Below, one piece after another: positions 56,427 to 64,000 of a stretch of 64,000 nt of DNA. The stretch spans positions 6,233-70,232 of the forward strand of contig USEX01000003.1 in the NCBI GenBank assembly GCA_900553755.1. Reading direction: 5' to 3'. The notes beneath the pieces are model-generated. The model saw nothing but the letters and a program-made list of their open reading frames with translations, was not told where the DNA came from and made no database searches. Made by a program: the position numbers and the translations under genes. Positions within the stretch are counted from its first letter, which is position 1. Every line of letters starts with the position of its first letter. Origin of the DNA: an uncultured Clostridium sp. (GTDB lineage Bacteria > Bacillota > Clostridia > TANB77 > CAG-508).

Positions 56427-57749
56427 TTATTCTAAGAATCCTTTGTAATGTCTTGTTACAAGTTGAGATTCTAGTTGTTGTACAGTTTCTAGTGCTACAC
56501 CTACTAAAATTAATATAGATGTTCCTCCAAATGCGATATTTAAATTTGTAAATCTTGCAAGCATTGGTATAATAGCAATTGCTGCTAGGAAAAATCCTCC
56601 TACTAATGTTAGCTTAGATATTACAGATGTTAAATAATCTGTAGTTGGTTTACCCGCTCTTATTCCTGGTATGAAACCACCATTTCTTTTAATATTTCCT
56701 GATATTTCAGCTGGGTTAAACATAGCATATGTATAGAAATATGTAAATCCTAAAATTAATAATAAATATACACACGCATTTGCTATTGTATAACCTAATC
56801 CTACACTTGAAGATGATGTTGCAAGTGAGAATTTATATACTCCTGCCCAGAATCCAGTTTGTGCTGCTATGTCTTTTACAAATATTTGTATAATCATAGC
56901 AGGGAAAGTCATAAATGATGATGCAAATATTATTGGCATTACTCCAGCCATTGCTAATTTCAATGGTATATGAGTATTTTGTGCACCAACCATTTTTCTT
57001 CCAACTACTTTTTTTGCATATTGTACTGGTATTCTTCTTTCTGCTAATTGTACAAATACAACTGCAGCAATTAATAAAACTATTCCTAGAATCAAGCCTA
57101 AAGCTTCAATTAATCCAACTGTGCTAAATGTACTTGTTCCAAAAATCAAGTTCCAAACCGTTACAACCCCAGATGGTAATCCAGAAACAATACCAACAAA
57201 TATTAACATAGAAATTCCATTACCTATTCCTTTGTTAGTAATTTGTTCTCCAAGCCATATTAGAAGTGCAGTTCCTGTCATAAGTGATAATACAGTAATG
57301 AATCCTCCTAAAAAGCTTGTATCTAAGAATATCCCTGTTGATTTATATGATAAAAATATTCCCAAACCTTCTACTAACGCAAGAAGTATTGTAAGTATTT
57401 TTGTGTATTTATTTACTTTTATTGTTCCTTCTTCTCCACCTTCTTTAATTAATCTCTCTAAAGATGGAATTACCATTGATAATAATTGAATTACAATAGA
57501 AGCTGTAATGTATGGAGTTATAGACATTGCAAATATAGAAAGTCTTGAGAAAGCTCCTCCTGATATTGTATCAATTAGTCCTGTTACTCCATTTGTTGCA
57601 GAATGCATTTGTTCTGCTAATGTAAAAGTATCCACTCCTGGTACTGTTACAAAACATCCAAATCTAAAAACTACTATCAACAATAAAGTATATAGCAATT
57701 TTTTTCTAACTTCTGGTGTCTTTAAGGCATTTTTTATAGTCTTAAACAA
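56427..57749 (-). CDS. secY: Preprotein translocase subunit SecY
   Basis: 440 aa with 10 TM helices and conserved operon position. TTG start directly after the rplO TAG stop. Confidence 0.95.
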   Translation of the reverse strand: MFKTIKNALKTPEVRKKLLYTLLLIVVFRFGCFVTVPGVDTFTLAEQMHSATNGVTGLIDTISGGAFSRLSIFAMSITPYITASIVIQLLSMVIPSLERLIKEGGEEGTIKVNKYTKILTILLALVEGLGIFLSYKSTGIFLDTSFLGGFITVLSLMTGTALLIWLGEQITNKGIGNGISMLIFVGIVSGLPSGVVTVWNLIFGTSTFSTVGLIEALGLILGIVLLIAAVVFVQLAERRIPVQYAKKVVGRKMVGAQNTHIPLKLAMAGVMPIIFASSFMTFPAMIIQIFVKDIAAQTGFWAGVYKFSLATSSSSVGLGYTIANACVYLLLILGFTYFYTYAMFNPAEISGNIKRNGGFIPGIRAGKPTTDYLTSVISKLTLVGGFFLAAIAIIPMLARFTNLNIAFGGTSILILVGVALETVQQLESQLVTRHYKGFLE

Positions 57750-58184
57750 CTAAATCACCTCTGTCTTTCCACCTAAAGCTTTTATAGCTTCTTCAGCTGC
57801 CTTAGTAAATCTTACAGCTTTTACATTAACTTTTTTATCAAGTTTTCCTGTAGCTAAAACAACTATACCGTCATTAATTTTTCCAATTATTCCTTCTTCT
57901 AGTAAAGTCTCAGCAGTTACATCTTCACTCTTTGATTTTGATAACATTGTTAATGTTACTTCTGTATAATTTTTAGCATGTATATTTGTGAATCCTCTTT
58001 TTGGTAATCTTCTATATAATGGTGTTTGACCACCTTCGAATCCACGTCTTACTCCACCGCCAGATCTTGCTTTTTGTCCTTTATGACCTCTACCAGATGT
58101 TTTACCTAAACCTGATCCAACTCCACGTCCAACTCTTGTTCTTGTTGTATTTTTTTGTGCTGGTTTTAACTCATCTAATTTCAT
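57750..58184 (-). CDS. rplO: 50S ribosomal protein L15
   Basis: [27 protein letters not shown] stop. Confidence 0.97.
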   Translation of the reverse strand: MKLDELKPAQKNTTRTRVGRGVGSGLGKTSGRGHKGQKARSGGGVRRGFEGGQTPLYRRLPKRGFTNIHAKNYTEVTLTMLSKSKSEDVTAETLLEEGIIGKINDGIVVLATGKLDKKVNVKAVRFTKAAEEAIKALGGKTEVI

Positions 58185-58244
58185 TTTGTGATTACACCTC
58201 CTAGTTTTTTATTTCTAAAGTTAAATTACGTTTCATAATTTAGC

Positions 58245-58736
58245 CTACATTATTTCTTCAGCTTTTTTTCCTCTTTTTTTAGCTACTGATTCTAATGTTT
58301 GCATATTCTTTAATCCTTCTAGTGTTGCATATACAACGTTTCTTGGATTGTTTGTTCCAATTATTTTTGTTCTAATATCTCTATATCCTGCAAGTTCTAG
58401 AACTGGTCTAACGCTTCCACCTGCTATAATTCCTGTACCTTCTGCAGCTGGTTTTAGCATAACATTAGCACTACCAAATTTTCCAATAATTTCATGTGGT
58501 ATAGTAGTATCTACTATTGGAACTTCTATTAAGTTTTTCTTTGCTTCTTCTATAGCTTTTCTTATTGCATCTGGAACTTCTGCAGCTTTACCGTTTCCTA
58601 CTCCAACATGTCCTGCTCCGTCTCCAACAACAACTACTGCACTAAATCTAAAGTTTCTACCACCTTTTACAACTTTGGCAACTCTATTAATAGCTACAAC
58701 TTTCTCTTTTAATTCTGTAGAATTTTCTTCTTGCAC
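58245..58736 (-). CDS. rpsE: 30S ribosomal protein S5
   Basis: [27 protein letters not shown]. Confidence 0.97.
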   Translation of the reverse strand: MQEENSTELKEKVVAINRVAKVVKGGRNFRFSAVVVVGDGAGHVGVGNGKAAEVPDAIRKAIEEAKKNLIEVPIVDTTIPHEIIGKFGSANVMLKPAAEGTGIIAGGSVRPVLELAGYRDIRTKIIGTNNPRNVVYATLEGLKNMQTLESVAKKRGKKAEEIM

Positions 58737-58754
58737 TATATTTCCCTCCTTTTT

Positions 58755-59114
58755 TTAGAATTCTAATCCTGCTTCTCTAGCAGCTTCTGCAAATTTTTTT
58801 ACAACTCCGTGATATATATATCCACTTCTGTCAAAAACCACTGATTTTATATTATTTTCAGCTGCTCTTTTAGCTATTAATGTTCCAACTTCTTTAGCAG
58901 CTTCCACATTTGAATGTTTTGTTTTTACTGTTTTGTCAAGTGTTGATGCACTTACTAATGTAACTCCTGCAACATCATCTATTATTTGTGCATATAGGCT
59001 AGTATTGCTTCTGTATATACATAATCTTGGACGTTCTGCAGTACCACTTATTTTATTACGAACACGAATATGTCTTCTTGTTCTTTCCATTTTTCTATCT
59101 GTCTTACTTACCAT
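58755..59114 (-). CDS. rplR: 50S ribosomal protein L18
   Basis: [43 protein letters not shown]. Confidence 0.97.
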   Translation of the reverse strand: MVSKTDRKMERTRRHIRVRNKISGTAERPRLCIYRSNTSLYAQIIDDVAGVTLVSASTLDKTVKTKHSNVEAAKEVGTLIAKRAAENNIKSVVFDRSGYIYHGVVKKFAEAAREAGLEF

Positions 59115-59183
59115 TCTAACTTTACTCTCCTTCCTAAAAACATTATTATTTCCAAAAATATTACGTTAATTAAGCTTAAAATT

Positions 59184-59717
59184 TTATTTCTTTCCAGCTT
59201 TACCTTCTTTACGTCTAATATGCTCTTCTGCATATTTAATACCTTTTCCTCTATATACTTCAGGTGGTCTTTTTGTTCTTATATTAGCAGCAGTTTGACC
59301 AACTAATTCTTTATCGATTCCTCTAATTACTATATGGTTAGCATCTGGAACATCAAAAGTAATTCCTTCTGGAGCTTCTACTTCAACTGGATGTGAGTAA
59401 CCCAAGTTCATTACTAAGCCGTTTCCTTTCTTTTGAGCTCTGTATCCAACACCATTTATCTCTAATTCTCTTGTAAATTCTTTTTCTACACCTTCAACCA
59501 TGTTATGAATTAGAGTTCTTGTTATTCCATGTAAGTTTCCAAATTCTTCTGAAGCAACTTCTACTATTATTTCTTTGTTTTCAATTCTTGCTGTTACATT
59601 ACTGTTAATTTCTCTTTCTAATGTTCCCTTTGGGCCTTTTACAGTAACGTGTTGACCATTGATTGTTACTTCAACACCATCTGGTATAGCTATAGGTTTC
59701 TTTCCTATTCTTGACAT
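59184..59717 (-). CDS. rplF: 50S ribosomal protein L6
   Basis: MSRIGKKPIAIPDGVEVTING..GYSHPVE. Confidence 0.97.
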   Translation of the reverse strand: MSRIGKKPIAIPDGVEVTINGQHVTVKGPKGTLEREINSNVTARIENKEIIVEVASEEFGNLHGITRTLIHNMVEGVEKEFTRELEINGVGYRAQKKGNGLVMNLGYSHPVEVEAPEGITFDVPDANHIVIRGIDKELVGQTAANIRTKRPPEVYRGKGIKYAEEHIRRKEGKAGKK

Positions 59718-59746
59718 TTTTTATTCTCCTCCTTCTTCATTTAATA

Positions 59747-60148
59747 TTACCATACGTAAGCTAATACTTCTCCACCTAATCCTGCTTCTCTAGCATTCTT
59801 ATCAGTCATTATTCCTTTAGATGTAGAAATTAGAGCTATTCCTAAACCGTTTAATACTTTAGGTAATTCGTCTTTAGATGCATAAACTCTTAATCCTGGT
59901 TTACTAATTCTTCTTAGTCCATCTATTACTCTTTTACCTTTTTCAGAATATTTTAATGTTATTCTTATAATTCCTTGATTATTTTCTTCTTTTATCTCTT
60001 CAAAAGATTTTATATATCCTTCTTCAAATAAAATCTTAGCTATTGCTAATTTCATATTTGATGCAGGAATATCAACAGTTTTATGTTTTGCACTGTTTGC
60101 ATTTCTAATTCTTGTTAGCATATCTGCTATTGGATCTGTAGTTACCAT
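59747..60148 (-). CDS. rpsH: 30S ribosomal protein S8
   Basis: [13 protein letters not shown]...GGEVLAYVW. Confidence 0.97.
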   Translation of the reverse strand: MVTTDPIADMLTRIRNANSAKHKTVDIPASNMKLAIAKILFEEGYIKSFEEIKEENNQGIIRITLKYSEKGKRVIDGLRRISKPGLRVYASKDELPKVLNGLGIALISTSKGIMTDKNAREAGLGGEVLAYVW

Positions 60149-60208
60149 AGTTTATCTTTCTCCCTCCTTCTTTTGGAAATCTCCTTTATCGTATCTCCAA
60201 TTTCTATT

Positions 60209-60394
60209 TTACCAGCTTGCCTTCTTTACTCCTGGGATTTCTCCATTGTGAGCTAGCTTTCTAAAGCAAACACGGCATATTCCATATTTCCTAATATAAG
60301 CATGTGGACGGCCACAGATTTTACATCTATTATATTCTCTAGTTTGGTATTTTTGTGGTCTTGCTTGCTTTACTTTTAAAGATTTCTTAGCCAT
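60209..60394 (-). CDS. rpsN: 30S ribosomal protein S14, short zinc-binding (type Z) form
   Basis: 61 aa with CKICG...CRVC. Confidence 0.95.
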   Translation of the reverse strand: MAKKSLKVKQARPQKYQTREYNRCKICGRPHAYIRKYGICRVCFRKLAHNGEIPGVKKASW

Positions 60395-60425
60395 TAGCTA
60401 TCTCCTTTCTTATCTAATTCTTGTC

Positions 60426-60965
60426 TTAATTTTTAAAAGGCATTCCTAAAAGCTTTAATAATTCTCTTGCCTCTTCGTCAGTCTTTGCTGTTGTTACAAA
60501 AATTATATCCATACCTCTAATTTTATCAATTTTATCATATTCAATTTCAGGGAATATAAGTTGTTCTTTTATACCCATTGAATAATTTCCTCTTCCATCA
60601 AAAGAATTAGTTTCAACTCCTCTGAAATCTCTTACTCTTGGAAGAGCTACATTGAATAGTTTAAATGCAAAATCATACATTTTTCCTTTTCTTAATGTAA
60701 CCTTACATCCTATTGGCACTCCAGCTCTTAATTTAAATGCTGCAATTGCTTTTTTAGATTTTGTTATTATTGGTTTTTGACCTGTTATTTTACTTAAATC
60801 AGCTATAGCATTATCTAATTCTTTAGGATTTTCTTTTGTATCTCCTAAACCTATATTAATAACTATTTTATCTAGCTTTGGCACTTCCATAATAGATTTA
60901 TAGTTAAACTTCTTCATCATAGCTGGTACTATTTCTTTTTCATATTGCTCTTTTAATATTTCCAT
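60426..60965 (-). CDS. rplE: 50S ribosomal protein L5
   Basis: 179 aa: NIGLGD...[10 protein letters not shown]. Confidence 0.97.
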   Translation of the reverse strand: MEILKEQYEKEIVPAMMKKFNYKSIMEVPKLDKIVINIGLGDTKENPKELDNAIADLSKITGQKPIITKSKKAIAAFKLRAGVPIGCKVTLRKGKMYDFAFKLFNVALPRVRDFRGVETNSFDGRGNYSMGIKEQLIFPEIEYDKIDKIRGMDIIFVTTAKTDEEARELLKLLGMPFKN

Positions 60966-60988
60966 AAGTCTTTTTTCTATCTCCTTTC

Positions 60989-61297
60989 TTATTTAATATT
61001 TTCTCCACATTTTTTACATACACGAACTTTCTCATCTTTTTCAACTGAATATCCTATTCTTGTAGCTTTACCACATTTTGGACAAACAACTGCTACTTTG
61101 CTGCTATGTATGCTGAACTCTGAAGGTATTATTCCGCCTTCTTCTCCTTGTTTTCTAGGCTTAATGTGTTTTTTTCTAATATTTATACCTTTTACTATTA
61201 TTTTTTGTGTTTTTGGTATAACTTCTAAAACTTCTCCAGTTTTTCCTTTATCATTTCCAGATAAAACTTTAACTGTATCACCTTTTCTTATTTTCAT
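60989..61297 (-). CDS. rplX: 50S ribosomal protein L24 (Cys4 variant)
   Basis: KOW motif ([23 protein letters not shown]). The C-terminal half carries CPKCG...CKKCG. The ATG at 61297 lies 6 nt after GAGGTG. Confidence 0.95.
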   Translation of the reverse strand: MKIRKGDTVKVLSGNDKGKTGEVLEVIPKTQKIIVKGINIRKKHIKPRKQGEEGGIIPSEFSIHSSKVAVVCPKCGKATRIGYSVEKDEKVRVCKKCGENIK

Positions 61298-61340
61298 TCT
61301 TTTCACCTCACATTTTTAAATTGAAAATTTTCTTCTATTT

Positions 61341-61709
61341 TTATAGAACTTCTGGTGCTAAAGAAAGAATTTTTAAATAATCTTTTTCTCTTAATTCTCT
61401 AGCTACTGGTCCAAATATACGTGTTCCCTTTGGTGTCCCATCTTCTTTTATTATTACTGCTGCATTTTCATCAAATCTTACATAAGAACCATCTACTCTT
61501 CTTATAGGTTTCTTTGTTCTTACTACAACAGCTTTTACAACTTCACCTTTTTTTACAACTCCACCTGGTGTTGCAGTTTTAACAGAAGCAACTATAATGT
61601 CTCCTACTCTTGCATATTTTCTATAAGAACCACCAAGGCATCTGATACACATAATTTCTTTTGCACCTGTATTGTCAGCTACTTTTAATATTGTTTGTTG
61701 CTGTACCAT
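61341..61709 (-). CDS. rplN: 50S ribosomal protein L14
   Basis: [18 protein letters not shown]..; 122 aa. Confidence 0.97.
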   Translation of the reverse strand: MVQQQTILKVADNTGAKEIMCIRCLGGSYRKYARVGDIIVASVKTATPGGVVKKGEVVKAVVVRTKKPIRRVDGSYVRFDENAAVIIKEDGTPKGTRIFGPVARELREKDYLKILSLAPEVL

Positions 61710-61747
61710 GAAAGTACCTCCTTTTTAATTATATCTAAATCATAAAA

Positions 61748-62011
61748 CTATTTTATTATAGCTTTTTCTACAACTTCAACAACTCTCCATCTCTTATCTT
61801 TAGATAAAGGTCTTGTTTCCATAACTTTTACTTTATCTCCTATTTTGCATTCATTGTTTTCGTCATGAGCTTTTAATTTATATGTTTTCTTTTTAATTTT
61901 TCCATAGGTTTTATCCATCTCTTTTATTTCAACAGATACAACTACTGTTTTATCCATTTTATCAGATGTAACTTTACCTATCATAACTTTACGAAGATTC
62001 CTTTCTTCCAT
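61748..62011 (-). CDS. rpsQ: 30S ribosomal protein S17
   Basis: [14 protein letters not shown]...[13 protein letters not shown]. Confidence 0.97.
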   Translation of the reverse strand: MEERNLRKVMIGKVTSDKMDKTVVVSVEIKEMDKTYGKIKKKTYKLKAHDENNECKIGDKVKVMETRPLSKDKRWRVVEVVEKAIIK

Positions 62012-62052
62012 TTTCTATCTCCTTTCTCTAAAAATCAATGAAAACTATCATT

Positions 62053-62256
62053 TTATTTTTTAGATTCTTCTAATTCTCTTTCAGTTAAAACTGTTTTTAT
62101 TTTTGCAATGTCTTTCTTAACCTCTTTAATCTTCATAGGATTGTCTAATCCATTTGTTGCTAAACTGAATCTTAATTTAAATAATTCTGATTTTAATTCT
62201 CCTAATTCTTTTTGTAGGTCTGGTGAAGACATTTCTCTAATTTTATTTATCTTCAT
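62053..62256 (-). CDS. rpmC: 50S ribosomal protein L29
   Basis: [23 protein letters not shown]. The start at 62256 or 62268 overlaps the rplP 3' end. Confidence 0.93.
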   Translation of the reverse strand: MKINKIREMSSPDLQKELGELKSELFKLRFSLATNGLDNPMKIKEVKKDIAKIKTVLTERELEESKK

Positions 62257-62686
62257 CTTTTTCACCACCTATTTTAGTTTCCTTTTTTACAAATTTGCAC
62301 TTAACAGATAGTTTGTTTGCAGCTAATCTTAAAGCTTCTCTAGCTATATCTTCTGGAACTTCTGCAATTTCAAACATAACTCTACCAGGTTTTACAACTG
62401 CTACCCAGTATTCTACTGAACCTTTACCTTTACCCATACGTGTATCAGCTGGTTTCTTTGTTATTGGTTTGTCTGGGAATATTGTAATCCAAACTTTACC
62501 ACTTCTTTTTATATATCTGTTCATAGCAACACGGGCTGCTTCAATTTGATTAGAAGTAATATTTCCTGCTTCAGTAGCTTGTAAACCAAATTCTCCATTT
62601 ACAACTACATTTCCTCTTGTTGCCTTTCCTCTATTTCTACCTTTTTGTTGTTTTCTATATTTTGTTCTTTTTGGCATTAATGGCAT
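62243..62686 (-). CDS. rplP: 50S ribosomal protein L16
   Basis: [14 protein letters not shown]...; TAATG coupling to rpsC. Confidence 0.97.
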   Translation of the reverse strand: MPLMPKRTKYRKQQKGRNRGKATRGNVVVNGEFGLQATEAGNITSNQIEAARVAMNRYIKRSGKVWITIFPDKPITKKPADTRMGKGKGSVEYWVAVVKPGRVMFEIAEVPEDIAREALRLAANKLSVKCKFVKKETKIGGEKDEDK

Positions 62687-63348
62687 TATTTGTCTCCTCC
62701 TTCCATAACTTTCTTCTTAGCTGGAAGAACTTCTCCTTTATATATCCAAACTTTTACACCTATTTTTCCATAAGTTGTATTTGCTTCTGCAAATCCATAA
62801 TCAATGTCAGCTCTTAATGTTTGTAGTGGTATAGTACCATCTTTATAAAATTCTGTTCTAGCCATATCAGCTCCACCTAATCTTCCAGATACAGCTGTCT
62901 TTATTCCTAGAGCTCCTGCTTTCATTGTTTTTTGCATGCATTGTTTCATTGCACGTCTGAATGAAATTCTTCTCTCTAATTGTCCTGCTATATTTTCTGC
63001 AACTAATTGTGCACTCATATCAGGATTCTTAACTTCTACTATATTTAAATTAACTTCTTTGTTAATCATTTTCTTTAATTCTTCTTTTAAGCTTTCTGCT
63101 AAGTTTCCACCTTTTCCTATTACTAGTCCAGGTTTTGCTGTATATACGTTAACTTTTACAAATTTAGCAGTTCTTTCTATTTCTATTTTAGAAATTCCAC
63201 TAAGGTATAATTTCTTCTTTACATATTCACGGATTTTATGGTCTTCTACTAGATAGTCGCCAAAGTGTTTTGCATCTGCATACCATTTTGAGTTCCAATC
63301 TCTGATGACTCCAACTCTTAATCCATTAGGATCCATTTTTTGTCCCAT
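62686..63348 (-). CDS. rpsC: 30S ribosomal protein S3
   Basis: [22 protein letters not shown]; KH domain; 220 aa. Confidence 0.97.
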   Translation of the reverse strand: MGQKMDPNGLRVGVIRDWNSKWYADAKHFGDYLVEDHKIREYVKKKLYLSGISKIEIERTAKFVKVNVYTAKPGLVIGKGGNLAESLKEELKKMINKEVNLNIVEVKNPDMSAQLVAENIAGQLERRISFRRAMKQCMQKTMKAGALGIKTAVSGRLGGADMARTEFYKDGTIPLQTLRADIDYGFAEANTTYGKIGVKVWIYKGEVLPAKKKVMEGGDK

Positions 63349-63371
63349 TTTATTTTAATCCTCCTTTTTTA

Positions 63372-63746
63372 TTAGTCTCTTTCTCTTAAAACTATTGTAA
63401 TATGGCTTGTTCTCTTTCTTATTCTTACAGCTGAGCCTTTTGCAGCTGGTCTAATTCTTCTTAAAGTTGGACCTTGGTTTGCATATACTTCAGCTACATA
63501 TAATTTTTCATGAGCCATGTTATGGTTATTCTCCGCATTGGCTATTGCTGATTTTAATAATTTTTCAATTATTTCAGATGATGCCTTTGGAGTGAATTTT
63601 ACTATTGCTAGGGCTTCGTCTACGCTTTTGCCTCTTATTAAATCTATTACGATTTTTACTTTTCTGCTTGATATTCTAGCATATTTTAAAGTAGCTCTTG
63701 CTTCTGGTACTTCATTTACTATTGTCTCTTCTTTCTTTGCTTCCAC
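63372..63746 (-). CDS. rplV: 50S ribosomal protein L22
   Basis: [29 protein letters not shown]. Confidence 0.97.
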   Translation of the reverse strand: MEAKKEETIVNEVPEARATLKYARISSRKVKIVIDLIRGKSVDEALAIVKFTPKASSEIIEKLLKSAIANAENNHNMAHEKLYVAEVYANQGPTLRRIRPAAKGSAVRIRKRTSHITIVLRERD

Positions 63747-63779
63747 TCTACTTACCTCCTTATTTTATTTTCAAATATT

Positions 63780-64000
63780 CTATTTTCCGTTTGTAGTTGT
63801 TTTGTCTCCTGCATGACCTTTGAATGTTCTTGTTGGAGCAAATTCTCCTAATTTATGTCCAATCATTTCTTCAGTAATGTATACTGGAACATGTTTTCTT
63901 CCGTCATGAACAGCGATTGTATGACCAACCATTTGTGGATATATTGTAGAAGCTCTTGACCAAGTTTTTAGAACTTCTTTTTTTCCAGTTTCATTCATTG
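63780..64000 (-). CDS. rpsS: 30S ribosomal protein S19 (5' end lies beyond the window edge)
   Basis: [52 protein letters not shown]. The N-terminal 20 aa or so are missing from the window. Confidence 0.95.
   Translation of the reverse strand, partial: MNETGKKEVLKTWSRASTIYPQMVGHTIAVHDGRKHVPVYITEEMIGHKLGEFAPTRTFKGHAGDKTTTNGK

Noticed and set aside
130-63816. Dozens of plus-strand ORFs of 60-186 aa lie inside minus-strand genes. Examples are 130..366, 7067..7474, 27090..27650, 34585..35034, 49886..50395, 58348..58758 and 63517..63816.
   Set aside because: All lie antisense to genes with unambiguous family identity. They are Leu/Phe/Ile/Ser-rich low-complexity translations typical of shadow frames in AT-rich DNA, and they lack RBS or promoter support.
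1-64000. CRISPR arrays, rRNA genes, IS elements and prophage blocks.
   Set aside because: No regularly spaced direct repeats, no rRNA-like G+C-rich tracts, and no transposase, integrase or phage structural genes were seen on either strand.

Overview
This is a chromosomal window from a very AT-rich (about 25-30% G+C by eye), endospore-forming Firmicute of the Clostridia type, judged from pro-sigma-K, SpoIVB, CotJA/B/C and DisA-RadA. It holds about 75 protein genes and one tRNA, with almost everything on the minus strand. I found no rRNA, CRISPR array, transposase or integrase. The right third (51-64 kb) is the distal part of the S10-spc-alpha ribosomal superoperon, running from rpsS (partial) through secY-adk-map-infA-rpmJ and rpsM-rpsK-rpsD-rpoA to rplQ, with no rpmD. 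The middle carries pnp-rpsO, tRNA-Leu(CAA), a TetR-controlled heterodimeric ABC exporter, an MBL/DUF3006 pair, ppaC, cotJABC, pyk, mscL, spoIVB and disA-radA. The left part carries trmFO, an SNF2 helicase, a P1B metal ATPase with an SmtB-type repressor, tyrS, mnmA, a GT8/acyltransferase envelope cluster, sigK, nagZ, a DUF368 protein, a U32/O-methyltransferase tRNA-modification pair, typA, an S1 protein and a cmk-plsC fusion. Four things stand out. (1) A prepilin-anchored FGE/C-type-lectin-fold gene reads as one 430-codon frame broken only by two TAG codons. Its 3' end is a sharply G+C-rich patch that also contains an apparent frame switch, and it sits between a processive GT2 and an ArnT-like GT-C gene. 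(2) Two orphan plus-strand genes of about 44-47% G+C, each with a consensus promoter and its own terminator, are inserted next to tRNA-Leu and next to ppaC. (3) The typA/trmR spacer holds a promoter-to-terminator unit of about 100 nt that looks like a small RNA. (4) The translation and envelope genes show several architectural oddities: a cmk-plsC fusion, L17 with a roughly 50-aa insert, a Cys4 L24, a missing L30 and a long rpmJ-rpsM leader. All functional calls rest on motif and family recognition by eye. No database search was run.
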